Positions 8,194 through 17,567 are shown, numbered from the stretch's first letter. The stretch is 64,000 nucleotides of DNA from Acetofilamentum sp. (GCA_020726405.1 DYSB01000001.1:7440-71439); one strand, 5' to 3'. The notes: generated from the letters alone by a model not told the origin. A program made the numbers and translations.

Positions 8194-9618
8194 CTACCTC
8201 CCGGCGCCGCGCAGCACCGTGCGCACCGTATAGAGCAAAATGCGCAAGTCCAGGCCCAGGCTCATGTTCTCCAGGTAGAACAGGTCCAGGCTGAGCTTGT
8301 CCTCCAGCCGGGTCAGGCTCTGGTCGTAGCGCTGGCGCACCTGGGCCCAGCCCGTCAGGCCGGGTCGGACGTTGTGGCGGCGGGCGTAGAGCGGCCAGCG
8401 GCGGATGTATTCGTCCACCAGCGCCTTCTGCTCCGGGCGTGGCCCCACCAGCGACATCTGCCCGCGCAGCACGTTCCAGACCTGGGGCCACTCGTCCACC
8501 CGGTAGCGGCGCAGCACGCGGCCCAGCGGCGTCAGGCGCGGATCATGCTCGGTCACCGGGGGCGGGGCGCCGCTCTCCAGGGTCGCGACGGTGTCGGCGT
8601 GCAGCATGGCCACGTGTTCGGCCGGGTGCAGGGTGCGGAACTTGAGCAGCGTGAACTCCCGCCCGCCGCGCCCCACCCGGCGCTGGCGGAAGAGGGCGGG
8701 CGCCCCCGGGCTCTGCCAGTGGATCAGCGGCGGCAGGATGAGCAGCAGCGGCAGGCCGGCCAGCCCCAGCAGCAGGCCCGCGCCCAGATCCAGCCCGCGT
8801 TTGAGCAGGAACTGCCAGGGCGCCATCAGGTGCGGGAAGACCTGGATGACCGGCATGCCCCAGATGTCGAAGGCCTTGAGGTTGCCCAGCACCAAGTCGT
8901 AGAGGTCGGGCACGATGAGCACGTCGGCGCCCTGGCGCGTGGCACGCTGGATCACTTCGAAGAGCAGCTCGCGCTCGGGCTCCGTGACCACCACTTCCAC
9001 CACCTGGCGCTCGCGGATCAGCGGCTCCAGCTCGTCCAGGCCACCATCGGCGGCGGACAGGCCGGCGACCTCGCCCTGCCCGGGCGGCCGCACGCGGGCC
9101 ACCACGCGGTAACCCATCCCGGGATGGAGGCGGAACTGCTCCAGCAGCTGGCGGGCCCGCTCGCCGGAGCCCACCACCAAAGTGGCGCGCTGCCCCAGCC
9201 CGCGCTCCAGCAGGCGCTTCTGCACGGTGCGGAACAGCACGCGGCCGGTGCCCGCCCCCGCCGCCAACACCAGGCCGTAGCTAAGCAGCAGCAGGCGCGA
9301 GGCCGAGAGCGCCGGGCGGCCCGGCTCCAGCGTGATCACGAAGAGCAGGATCAGGCCCACCAGCACGGAGGCCGCCACCTCCTGCACGGCGCGGTAGCGG
9401 CTGACGTGGTAGAGCTTGCGGTACTGCCCGCGCAGGGCGAAGATCGCCAGCCAGAACAGGCTGAGCACCAGGTAGGCGGCCAGAGGTAGTTGGAAGGGCT
9501 CGGGCTCCGTGAACAGGCCCGAGCGGAAGCGCAGAAACCAGGTGAGCCAAGTGGAAGCCCAGATGCTGGCGAAGTCCACCACCACCAGGAACAGCCGTTC
9601 CCAGGACAGGCGTCTCAC
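8194..9618 (-). CDS. undecaprenyl-phosphate sugar phosphotransferase (WbaP/EpsB-like initiating EPS transferase)
   Basis: 474 aa with N-terminal TM helices and a C-terminal bacterial sugar-transferase domain (LVGPRPEQKALVDEYIRRWPLYARRHNVRPGLTGWAQV). Confidence 0.85.
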   Translation of the reverse strand: MRRLSWERLFLVVVDFASIWASTWLTWFLRFRSGLFTEPEPFQLPLAAYLVLSLFWLAIFALRGQYRKLYHVSRYRAVQEVAASVLVGLILLFVITLEPGRPALSASRLLLLSYGLVLAAGAGTGRVLFRTVQKRLLERGLGQRATLVVGSGERARQLLEQFRLHPGMGYRVVARVRPPGQGEVAGLSAADGGLDELEPLIRERQVVEVVVTEPERELLFEVIQRATRQGADVLIVPDLYDLVLGNLKAFDIWGMPVIQVFPHLMAPWQFLLKRGLDLGAGLLLGLAGLPLLLILPPLIHWQSPGAPALFRQRRVGRGGREFTLLKFRTLHPAEHVAMLHADTVATLESGAPPPVTEHDPRLTPLGRVLRRYRVDEWPQVWNVLRGQMSLVGPRPEQKALVDEYIRRWPLYARRHNVRPGLTGWAQVRQRYDQSLTRLEDKLSLDLFYLENMSLGLDLRILLYTVRTVLRGAGR

Positions 9619-9636
9619 GGCGGACTCCTTGCTCTC

Positions 9637-11280
9637 TCAGATACTGCGCGCCACCAGCACAACGGTCATGATCTGGGAGGCAACCAGCAGGCCTTCCTTG
9701 AACTTCTCCCAGGCGGTGAGATCCTCCCGCGGCACCAACATCAGGGCGTCGCCGGCGGCCATTACAGTTCCCAGGGAGGCAGGGCTGAACTGGTCCTCCC
9801 CCACGTGGCGCAGGCGCAGCTCGTTGAGCCGCGCGCCACGCAGCTTGCCGCCCGCGGCTTTCAGGTAGTCGCGGACCGTCCACCCATCCCGCCAAGCCTG
9901 GACACCCGGATGCTTGACGGCGCCCAGCACCTCCACGTCGTCGGAGCGGCGCAGCACGCGGACTTCGTCGCCGTCGGCCAGAATCAGGTGCGCGGCGTCC
10001 AGGCGTCCATTCTCGTAGACCACCGACACCCTGCCGCCCTCCTGGATGACGCGGGCCTTGAGGTATTCCCGTTCGAAGCGCGAGATGTCGCTCCCCGCAC
10101 TTCGCAGCTCCGCGAAGTTCCTCTCCAAGTCCATCTCCGGCCGGCGGGTGACCTTGATGGCCATGAGCGCGGCAGACTGGCTGTCCGGCTGGGCCCACTC
10201 CAGCAATTCCGCCAACGTCGTCTGACCCGGATTGATCGCGTAGGGCCCGGGCCGCAGCACGCGTCCGTTGATGGTCACCTGTTTGGACATGTCCTGGAGG
10301 TTGTCCGCCCGCATGTAAAGGCGGTCGTAGGCTTGAATGCTGATGCCCCGGTACTCGGGGGACTGCTCACTGAAGCGCCAATTGCCGACGAAATTGCCGA
10401 AGGGATCGAAGCGCACCAGTTCGTACGCCACGCCCGTCAGGCCGATGCGCGGCCCGCCCAGAATCTCCACGATGTCCGCCGGCGTATCGCCCTCGCGGAA
10501 CTCCACTTCGTCCTGGCCTTGCCGGAAGGAGCCAAACACGCGGACGATGGAATTGCGGAAGCTGAACAGGATCCGGTCACCGCTCTCCAGCACCGGGTCC
10601 TGCTCCAGATCACCCGTGCGCAGGTATCTGAGCAGGTCCACGTGTAGAGCGCTGTCGCCGCGAACCACTTCCACGTTGCGGAAGGCCAGCGGCATTTCCT
10701 GGGCCAGGGCCGAGACCTGCTGCAGGGCGCCACTGGTGCTGGTGGAAGGCACCATCATTTGCTGAGCCGCCGCGCCACGGAAGTTGGGCAGCCAAGTGGG
10801 CGGCTTGAGCACCGTGTGCAGGCGCGTGGTGTAATTCAACTCCAGAAACCGGGGCACCAGGTCGGCGCCGCTCACCGTCACCTGGATGCGGCGGGGGCGA
10901 GCCACCCACACATCCACGGAGTCGCACCCGTACATGATGGCCAGGCGCGGTCCCAGCCTGCGACGCAGTTCCAGCAGACTCAGTCCGGCCACAGACACGC
11001 GGCCCAGACCTGGCAGTTCCAGCCGGCCGTCCGTGTCCACCAAGTCTTCCTTGCGGTTCAGATCCACGTTGAAGGCCAGATGCCCCACCAGGTCGCCGGG
11101 ACCGAGGATGTACTCCGCCGGGTCCACGGGCTGGTCCAGGATCCAGTCCGCCATGGGGGTCGCCGTGGCGCCGGAGGCGGTGGTTGTTTTCTTGATCATG
11201 CCCAGATCGAACTGGGCGACGCCCGTTCCCACCCCGGCCAGCAGGGTCAGCAGCAGCCAGCAAACCGACATTCGCCTCAT
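9637..11280 (-). CDS. polysaccharide export outer-membrane protein (Wza-like, SLBB domains)
   Basis: Signal peptide MRRMSVCWLLLTLLAGVGTGVA starts at the internal ATG (11280), whose ATGA overlaps the stop of the upstream gene. PGDLV and ILGGPRIGLTGV-type soluble-ligand-binding beta-grasp repeats typical of Wza/KpsD-family exporters. Confidence 0.8.
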   Translation of the reverse strand: MRRMSVCWLLLTLLAGVGTGVAQFDLGMIKKTTTASGATATPMADWILDQPVDPAEYILGPGDLVGHLAFNVDLNRKEDLVDTDGRLELPGLGRVSVAGLSLLELRRRLGPRLAIMYGCDSVDVWVARPRRIQVTVSGADLVPRFLELNYTTRLHTVLKPPTWLPNFRGAAAQQMMVPSTSTSGALQQVSALAQEMPLAFRNVEVVRGDSALHVDLLRYLRTGDLEQDPVLESGDRILFSFRNSIVRVFGSFRQGQDEVEFREGDTPADIVEILGGPRIGLTGVAYELVRFDPFGNFVGNWRFSEQSPEYRGISIQAYDRLYMRADNLQDMSKQVTINGRVLRPGPYAINPGQTTLAELLEWAQPDSQSAALMAIKVTRRPEMDLERNFAELRSAGSDISRFEREYLKARVIQEGGRVSVVYENGRLDAAHLILADGDEVRVLRRSDDVEVLGAVKHPGVQAWRDGWTVRDYLKAAGGKLRGARLNELRLRHVGEDQFSPASLGTVMAAGDALMLVPREDLTAWEKFKEGLLVASQIMTVVLVARSI

Positions 11281-12275
11281 CGTGTCCCGTCCTCCATTCG
11301 TCGGTGCAGGCCGCCCGTCCAGGCCTTGTTGTCGGAGTACCAATCCAGGGTGCGGGCCAGTCCGTCCTCAAAATCGACGCGCGGGCGCCAGCCTAGTTCG
11401 CGTTCCAGTTTCGTGGCGTCGATGGCGTAGCGCAGGTCATGGCCCGGCCGGTCGCCCACGAAGCGGATCAGGCTCTCGGGCTTGCCCAGCTTGCGCAGCA
11501 GCAACCTGACGATCTCGATGTTCCGCCACTCGTTGTTGCCGCCCACGTTGTAGACGGCGCCATCCGCCGCGCGGGTGAAGACGGTCCAGAGCGCCTCCGC
11601 GTGGTCCTCCACGTAGAGCCAGTCGCGCACGTTGAGGCCCCGGCCGTAGACGGGCAGTTCCTCGTCGCGCGTGGCCTTCCAGATCATCAGCGGAATCAGC
11701 TTCTCGGGAAACTGGTAGGGCCCGTAATTGTTGCTGCAGCGCGTGAGCACGGCCTCCACGCCGAAGGTGCGGCGCCAGGCCTGGAGAAGCAGATCGCCCG
11801 CCGCTTTGCTGGCGCTGTAAGGACTGGAGGGCGCAAGCTGCGTCTCTTCCGTGAAGCGCCCGCCGCCCTCGCCCAGGTCGCCGTAGACCTCGTCCGTGGA
11901 CACCTGCAGGAGGCGCAGGCGCCGGCCCCGGGCCTGCTGGGCTCGCAGGCCGTCCAGCAGCACACGCAGCCCCAGGATGTTGGTGCGCAGGAAGACGTCG
12001 GGATCGTCGATGCTGCGGTCCACATGGCTCTCGGCCGCGAAGTTGATCAGGCCGTCCACGCGCTCCAGCAGGGAATTCACCAGCCTTAAGTCCAGGATGT
12101 CCCCGTGGACGAACTCGTAGCCTTCCCGGCCCTCCAGCTCCGCCAGACTCGCGCGGCAGCCGGCGTAGGTCAACGCGTCCAGGTTGACGACGGCGTGCTC
12201 CGGGTGTCGCGCCCGCAGCCAGCGGATGAAGTTGCAGCCGATGAATCCCGCCCCGCCGGTGACCAGCAGCCTCAT
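11277..12275 (-). CDS. rfbB: dTDP-glucose 4,6-dehydratase
   Basis: MRLLVTGGAGFIGCNF Rossmann start (internal ATG at 12275). YSASKA catalytic motif and NNYGPYQFPEKLIP are typical of RfbB. Confidence 0.85.
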   Translation of the reverse strand: MRLLVTGGAGFIGCNFIRWLRARHPEHAVVNLDALTYAGCRASLAELEGREGYEFVHGDILDLRLVNSLLERVDGLINFAAESHVDRSIDDPDVFLRTNILGLRVLLDGLRAQQARGRRLRLLQVSTDEVYGDLGEGGGRFTEETQLAPSSPYSASKAAGDLLLQAWRRTFGVEAVLTRCSNNYGPYQFPEKLIPLMIWKATRDEELPVYGRGLNVRDWLYVEDHAEALWTVFTRAADGAVYNVGGNNEWRNIEIVRLLLRKLGKPESLIRFVGDRPGHDLRYAIDATKLERELGWRPRVDFEDGLARTLDWYSDNKAWTGGLHRRMEDGTR

Positions 12276-12290
12276 GCGGCCTCCGCTCCA

Positions 12291-12472
12291 GAGGTCACGA
12301 AGAGCACGAAGGCCGGAGAAGCACACGAAGAGAAGAATCGAGTTGGGGATCGGATCATTGCGGCATCATCCATGCCATGCGTCAATTGTTCGCTTGCCAC
12401 CAGACAATCCAGTTCTCTCATGCTCTGGCCCTTCGTGCCCTTCTTCCGACTTCGTGAACTTCGTGTCCCGCC
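12291..12472. repeat. palindromic intergenic repeat element, copy B
   Basis: Left arm 12291-12340: GAGGTCACGAAGAGCACGAAGGCCGGAGAAGCACACGAAGAGAAGAATCG. Right arm 12429-12472: CCCTTCGTGCCCTTCTTCCGACTTCGTGAACTTCGTGTCCCGCC, ending 1 nt from the TAG stop of the 592-aa gene. Same architecture and shared end motifs as copy A. Confidence 0.6.
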
Positions 12473-14251
12473 CTAGACCCGCGCCCGGCGGCTCTCCAGG
12501 TAGAGGGCCACGATCAGCACCAGCAGCGCCGTGCCGGCCATCACGGGCCAGGCCAGCAGATCCTGGAAGCGGCCGATGGCCAGGCTGATGCGGCCCATCA
12601 CCGTGTAGCCGAAACTGGCGCCGAAACTCATCATCAGGAAGGCGATGCCCACCTTGGAGACCACGCCCAGCGCGCCCGTGTGCTTCTTGGAGAAGAAGAA
12701 ATAGAACACGCCCGCGCAGACGCCGATCACCACCAGCAGGTTGGAAAAGATCTCCACCAGCATGTTCACGCGCATCTGGGTGGGGCTGCCCGTCACGCCG
12801 TAGGGTTCGAGGAACCCCGCCGGATCCCGGCGGAAAGCGTCCAGTTGGAGCCGCGTGTAGGGCGTCACCCGGTCCGGGCTGGTGTGCAGCGCGATGGTGT
12901 GCCGCAGCCAGCCCTGGCGCAGCAGACGCAGCTCGCGCAACACGCCCGCGCGCCAGTAACTCAGGAAGGCCGCATCGGCCGCCCGCCGGGCGGAATCCGG
13001 CAGCCCGGCGAAGATCGCCAGCTGGGCCTGCAGTTCGGACCGGTACCCGCCGTCCAGCGGGGCCAGCCGCGCCAGCAGGTTCCGCACCTGCTCGGCCTTC
13101 CATTCACCCAGCAGCACGGGCCGCGGATTGACTTCACTCAAGAGCGAGTCCGCCAGCCGACGCGTGACGGGCAGGCTCCAATCGGGCTGGCGTTCCGCGG
13201 GAAAGCCCTCGCTCTTCAGCAGCTGAACCAGGGGCGGACGGCCCGCCGGGAAGGCCAAGGCCTCCGCGGCGACAGCCGGCGCCAAGTCGAGGTAGCGGCC
13301 GCAGGCCTCCAGCAAACCCGCGCGGCCGGCGGGCGACTCCAGCCAGACGCGCGTGGCCACGAGGACCAGCCGGTCCTGCCAGGGCGCCAGCTCCGTTGTG
13401 GGCAGCTGGCCCGGAGCGGGCAGGCTCTCCTCCACGGGCATGCCGCCCAGCCCAGCGCAGAGCAGGCGCTCGAACTCCGCGTCCGCGCCCACCACCGCGG
13501 CTTGGCCCACGCGCATGGCCTTGAAACCCTCGCGCACCCGGGACTCCGGGGCTTCGATGTCGCTCAGACCCGCCAGCCCGTTGAGGCGCTGCTCCAGCTC
13601 CCCTTGCCAGGCCAGTCCGGCAGCGGCGGCGCGGCTGGAATCCTCCCCCAGCGCTTGCAGCCAGTCGGCGATCCAGTCCACCTGGGCCTGGCGACGCGCG
13701 CCCATTTCCCCTTGCGGCAGCACGCCCGCCGACTCCATGGCCGTCACCACCGTCTCCTTGCCGGAGAAGTCCTTCATGGTGGCTTCCAACTGCGGCACCA
13801 GCGCGCCCTGGGCGGCCTGGATGATCTGGATCCCGGCGAAAGCGCCGATCACGTAGGCCAGCGGCCAGCGGCTCAGCCAGTGCAGTTTGCGGCTGATTTT
13901 GAACAGCATCAGGATGCCCAGAGCCAGGAAGACGTAGTAGATGAACTGCCCGTGGGCTAGCCGCTCCAGCAGGCTGACGGGGTGGTCCGGGTAGGCCTCG
14001 GGCGCCAGTTGGCCCGCGCGGAAGAGCTGCTGGCGCACCGCGTCCACGGGCGGCAGCAGGCGGTTGATCAGATTGGGCCGGAGGATCTGGAACCAGACCA
14101 GCACCACGCCGTAGCCCGTGGAGACGCCCACGAAGACGTGCTCGGCGAACTTGTAGAAGGGGTTGTCCTGGTAGAGGAAGCTGAAGATCATCAGCGTCGA
14201 GAAACAGACCAGGAAGGCCCCCAGGACCTCCACGGAGAAGAGCGCGCCCAT
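12473..14251 (-). CDS. uncharacterised integral membrane protein (592 aa); TM helices at both ends, long Ala/Leu/Arg-rich helical middle
   Basis: Hydrophobic N-terminus (MGALFSVEVLGAFLVCFSTLMIFSF..., VFVGVSTGYGVVLVWF). ~350-aa hydrophilic helical region. 3-4 C-terminal TM segments (LVVIGVCAGVFYFFF, IAFLMMSFGASFGY, AGTALLVLIVALYL). Start at 14251 shares a nucleotide with the stop of the upstream gene. No family recognised. Confidence 0.65.
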   Translation of the reverse strand: MGALFSVEVLGAFLVCFSTLMIFSFLYQDNPFYKFAEHVFVGVSTGYGVVLVWFQILRPNLINRLLPPVDAVRQQLFRAGQLAPEAYPDHPVSLLERLAHGQFIYYVFLALGILMLFKISRKLHWLSRWPLAYVIGAFAGIQIIQAAQGALVPQLEATMKDFSGKETVVTAMESAGVLPQGEMGARRQAQVDWIADWLQALGEDSSRAAAAGLAWQGELEQRLNGLAGLSDIEAPESRVREGFKAMRVGQAAVVGADAEFERLLCAGLGGMPVEESLPAPGQLPTTELAPWQDRLVLVATRVWLESPAGRAGLLEACGRYLDLAPAVAAEALAFPAGRPPLVQLLKSEGFPAERQPDWSLPVTRRLADSLLSEVNPRPVLLGEWKAEQVRNLLARLAPLDGGYRSELQAQLAIFAGLPDSARRAADAAFLSYWRAGVLRELRLLRQGWLRHTIALHTSPDRVTPYTRLQLDAFRRDPAGFLEPYGVTGSPTQMRVNMLVEIFSNLLVVIGVCAGVFYFFFSKKHTGALGVVSKVGIAFLMMSFGASFGYTVMGRISLAIGRFQDLLAWPVMAGTALLVLIVALYLESRRARV

Positions 14252-15105
14252 CAGTTTCTCCTCCCGCGGGTCATGAAGTAGGCCACGTTGCCCAGGGCGA
14301 TGAAGGCGATGATCAGCAGGTGCCCGAAACTCTGGGCGTCCATGCCGCGCGTGGCCAGCCCGGGCACGCCCACCAGCTGCTCATAGTCCGCGCTGCCTTT
14401 CATGCCGCCCGCCAGTCCGGCGAGCTGGCCGGCCTCGTAGTAGGGGATGTTGTCCGGCGCCATCACGGCCGTGCAGGCGGCCACCATCTTCAGCCCGAAG
14501 CGGCCCTGGGCCGTCTCCACCCACTCCTTGGTGCCCGGGCTGCCGCCCGAGACGTTCACGAACAGGTCGCTGTCCCCCAGTTTGCGCAGGCTCTGCATCA
14601 GCGAGATTTGTGACACGGGCGTGCCGTCGTAGCTCTGCGGAAACGTGGCGTGGATGTTCTCGCCCATCCCCAGCATGGCCAGCTGGCGGCCGTCCTTGTA
14701 GCCCAGGTTGACGTAGTCGATTTTCTCCCGCAGCCCCAGTGGCTTGACCTCTTCCGCCTGCAGGGCCTGCTCGATGGCCTGGTTGACCAGCGGCGGTGCG
14801 CCGGCCCACAGGCAGCTCACCACCACTTTCAACTTGCGGCGGAAGATGTGGCGGAACAGCGCTTCGGTAAAGGGCTGCAGCTCGGGTTTGGAGCCTGGAT
14901 CGTAATCGCACGAGACCAGCACCACGCTGCCCTCGTCCAGGTCCTCGATGGCCTGGTAGAGGTTCTCCACCGCGGGATCCGTGCTGAACGGCAGACCGAA
15001 GGGCACGATCAGCGGCGTGAGGATGCAGAGCGCCATCAAGAGGAAAATCCAGCGCCGGTCCAGGGCCAGGAAACGCTGCAGGCCGCGCAGGAGGGCGTTC
15101 ATCAC
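14251..15105 (-). CDS. uncharacterised membrane-anchored protein (284 aa)
   Basis: N-terminal TM (WIFLLMALCILTPLIV) and C-terminal TM (LLIIAFIALGNVAYFM) flank a ~200-aa hydrophilic domain. ATGA-type overlap with the next gene at 15102-15105. Confidence 0.65.
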   Translation of the reverse strand: MMNALLRGLQRFLALDRRWIFLLMALCILTPLIVPFGLPFSTDPAVENLYQAIEDLDEGSVVLVSCDYDPGSKPELQPFTEALFRHIFRRKLKVVVSCLWAGAPPLVNQAIEQALQAEEVKPLGLREKIDYVNLGYKDGRQLAMLGMGENIHATFPQSYDGTPVSQISLMQSLRKLGDSDLFVNVSGGSPGTKEWVETAQGRFGLKMVAACTAVMAPDNIPYYEAGQLAGLAGGMKGSADYEQLVGVPGLATRGMDAQSFGHLLIIAFIALGNVAYFMTRGRRN

Positions 15106-15722
15106 TCACCTCCCAGGTAGCTGCGCTCCAGACCCAGGATCACGCGCAGACCGGTGGAGATGGCCCCCAGCGAAGCGCCGATCATGATCGCCCGCTTGCC
15201 CGCCAGGTTGGGGAAATTCATGATCCAGTCGCTGATGCCCGGCAGCCCGCTCCAGATCTTCTCCCCCACCGGGATGCGCCCGATCATCACCAGCGTGGCG
15301 CAGCCCAGCAGCAGCGTGGCCTCCAGGCTGCGGGCCCGGAAGGCGCGGAAGGCCGCGCTGGCGATGTAAAAGGCCAACAGGCTGAACATGGTGGCCTGGA
15401 GCGGCACGTAGAGATTCAGGTAGAGCCAATTGAAGGGCGAGCCCTCGGCGATGCCGCGCCAGAAGCCCAGCCCCACCATCAGGGCCAGGGCGGCCAGCAG
15501 GGCGAGCTTGGGCACGACGTCCTGGCCGCGCTTGATCCGGGCCACGTTCACCGAGACGATGCTATAGATGCCCAGCACGTAGGTGAAGGCCATGATCACG
15601 ATGCCGCCGTTGGTGATGGCCTCCTTGGTGGTGCTGACCCAGGGAATTCCCGTCAGGAAATTCTCCAGGATCATCCAGGTGCCCAGCAGGAAGGCGATGA
15701 TCAGCGGGATTTCTTTTTTCAT
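15102..15722 (-). CDS. uncharacterised polytopic membrane protein (206 aa, ~6 TM)
   Basis: MKKEIPLIIAFLLGTWMILENF... with repeated hydrophobic stretches throughout; translationally coupled to both neighbours. Confidence 0.65.
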   Translation of the reverse strand: MKKEIPLIIAFLLGTWMILENFLTGIPWVSTTKEAITNGGIVIMAFTYVLGIYSIVSVNVARIKRGQDVVPKLALLAALALMVGLGFWRGIAEGSPFNWLYLNLYVPLQATMFSLLAFYIASAAFRAFRARSLEATLLLGCATLVMIGRIPVGEKIWSGLPGISDWIMNFPNLAGKRAIMIGASLGAISTGLRVILGLERSYLGGE

Positions 15723-15764
15723 GTCGGTGTGGACTCCTCGGCGCTGCGGGCGCGGTTGCCGGGC

Positions 15765-16598
15765 CTATTGGATCAGGAACCAGTCCCGGAAGCGCCCGGC
15801 GCCCTCCAGCCAGCCCAGGGAGTCCAGGGTGACCAAGAGGGAGCCCAGCAGCATCACGGCGATGCAGACGATCTTGTACCAGTCCGTGGCCTTGAGATTG
15901 GAGAGCAGCTTGGGGTCGCGGCTCAGGTAGGCCGAGGCGGCGAACAGCTCCTCGCCGATCAGCGTGTAGTCGCAGGCCGCGATGAAGAAGGGCAGTTGGG
16001 TGACCTCAGCCGTCCCCGCCACCTGGATGGCCTTGGCCTCGAAGCCCGTCTCCGAGAGGATCAGCGACTCGGCGAAGAAGCGCCCCAGCAGCAGGTTGGC
16101 GGCGGGGCGCTCGCGCAGCATGATGCCGTTGACGCCCGCCGTGTAGGCGAACTGCTCATCCGAGATGAAACTGATGTTGCCCGGCTTGTGGTCTTCCGGC
16201 ACGCCGGCGTTGTAGAAGCCCTGGCGCACCATCTCTTCGGCCACGCTCATGACGAACGGAATGCGGCAGGGCACGAAGATCTCGGTCTTGTAGCGGGCCG
16301 CTGTCTCGGCCACCTTCCCCAGGATCAGCATCGAGGCGATGGTCTGAATGTCCTGCATGTCCTCGATGCCCGGCACGTAGAGGATGGGCCGGCCCATCTC
16401 CGTGCAGCGGCCCACGGCCTCCTCGATGGCGTCGATGCCCGCGATGCGCCGGATGAACAGGGAGCCGGGATCGCGCTTGATCCGCTGGTAGAAGTAGAAG
16501 AGCAGGACCACCATCAGCACGATGGTGCAGAAGACCGTGATCTGCCCGGCGCTGAGTGTGAGCGACCCCAGGGCGACCTGGGCAAGGGAGACCGGCAT
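15765..16598 (-). CDS. uncharacterised membrane-anchored protein (278 aa)
   Basis: Track ORF 15765..16991 runs through tRNA-Ser, so it is trimmed to the internal ATG at 16598. MPVSLAQVALGSLTLSAGQITVFCTIVLMVVLLFYFY (TM), a soluble middle, and C-terminal TM IVCIAVMLLGSLLVTL. Confidence 0.6.
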   Translation of the reverse strand: MPVSLAQVALGSLTLSAGQITVFCTIVLMVVLLFYFYQRIKRDPGSLFIRRIAGIDAIEEAVGRCTEMGRPILYVPGIEDMQDIQTIASMLILGKVAETAARYKTEIFVPCRIPFVMSVAEEMVRQGFYNAGVPEDHKPGNISFISDEQFAYTAGVNGIMLRERPAANLLLGRFFAESLILSETGFEAKAIQVAGTAEVTQLPFFIAACDYTLIGEELFAASAYLSRDPKLLSNLKATDWYKIVCIAVMLLGSLLVTLDSLGWLEGAGRFRDWFLIQ

Positions 16599-16761
16599 GA
16601 GACCCCCGGATTGTCGGATCGGTGTGCGGCCGGTGCAGCCGAATCGGCGTCTCGGCACGGCTCCGTCAGTGGCCCGCGGGTGGGTGCGGGCGCCCGGCAG
16701 TGTAACGAATGGTCGGGGCCGGAGAAAGGCTGCAAGCGGCGCGGCGGGCTGCCGAACCGGC

Positions 16762-16793
16762 CGGAAACAACAAGCCCCGCCAGGGCGGGGCTT
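16762..16793 (-). terminator. intrinsic terminator 3' of tRNA-Ser
   Basis: GCCCCGC / GCGGGGC 7-bp GC stem with 4-nt loop at 16774-16791. On the minus strand it is followed by UUGUUGUUUCC. Confidence 0.55.
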
Positions 16794-16797
16794 GCGA

Positions 16798-16888
16798 CGG
16801 AGGAGGTGGGATTCGAACCCACGGTGCACAGTTAAGCACACAACGGATTTCGAGTCCGTCCGATTCAACCACTCTCGCACTCCTCCGG
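16798..16888 (-). tRNA. tRNA-Ser (anticodon CGA)
   Basis: Reverse complement: GGAGGAGUGCGAGAGUGGUUGAAUCGGACGGACUCGAAAUCCGUUGUGUGCUUAACUGUGCACCGUGGGUUCGAAUCCCACCUCCUCCG. Anticodon stem ACGGA/UCCGU with loop CUCGAAA, long variable arm, T arm GUGGG-UUCGAAU-CCCAC, 7-bp acceptor stem plus G discriminator. Confidence 0.85.
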
Positions 16889-17246
16889 GATGCTGGTCAA
16901 CTGGTTCGCCGGAGCCAACGGCCCCTGGACGAACCACGCCTAACCAATCACCGGCGTCAGGCCGGGTCGAACGGGCAGCAACGTAACACACGAGGCAGCC
17001 GGAGCCAAGCTGCGCCGGGCTGTCCGCCGGGCTGGACAGTTGGGACGTGGCGTGGGACAGGCGGCGAGCCCGGGTCCGCGCACCTTGACGCCAGCAAAAA
17101 ATAGTGGCTCTGGGACCCCACTTTACGGGGAACCTGAATAGGCCTAAGTTCTGTTCAGCCGCTCCCCAAGCCTTTGGGCGGGTGGGGGGCGGTGGGATGG
17201 CTCGTCAATACTTACTTCCGAACTCCCCCAACAAGCTCGGCAGCGC

Positions 17247-17567
17247 TCAGCGGAAGGCCACGGCGGTCCCGCTCACGCTCACCATCAGCATGCTGCCCGA
17301 ACTCCCCACCACTTCGTAGTCCAGGTCGACGCCCACCACGGCATCCGCGCCTTTGGCCCGGGCCTGCTCCTCCAGCTCGCGCAGGGCCACTTCGCGCGCC
17401 TTCTGCAGCTCCTTTTCATAGGCCTGGGCACGCCCGCCCACGATGTCGCGGATGTTGGCGAAAAAGTCCTGGATGATGTTGGCGCCCAGGATGGCCTCGC
17501 CCGTGACGATGCCCAGATAGCGGGCAATGGGCTGGCCTTCAATACTCGGGGTCGTCGTCACGATCAT
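17247..17567 (-). CDS. YbjQ/UPF0145 family protein
   Basis: [46 protein letters not shown]... is the hallmark YbjQ start (internal ATG at 17567) and length (~106 aa). Confidence 0.8.
   Translation of the reverse strand: MIVTTTPSIEGQPIARYLGIVTGEAILGANIIQDFFANIRDIVGGRAQAYEKELQKAREVALRELEEQARAKGADAVVGVDLDYEVVGSSGSMLMVSVSGTAVAFR

Noticed and set aside
15765-16991. Full 408-aa track ORF for the 278-aa membrane protein
   Set aside because: The N-terminal 131 codons run straight through tRNA-Ser (16798-16888) and its terminator. The gene is trimmed to the internal ATG at 16598, where the membrane-protein sequence begins.
16900-17010. SRP-RNA-like motifs (GUCAGGCCGGG ... GCAGCAACG ... GCCGGGCUGU) between ybjQ and tRNA-Ser
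   Set aside because: The order of motifs loosely recalls 4.5S RNA domain IV. I could not fold the region into the required GNRA-capped helix 8 with symmetric and asymmetric loops on either strand, so it is left uncalled. An Infernal scan with the bacterial small SRP model would settle it.
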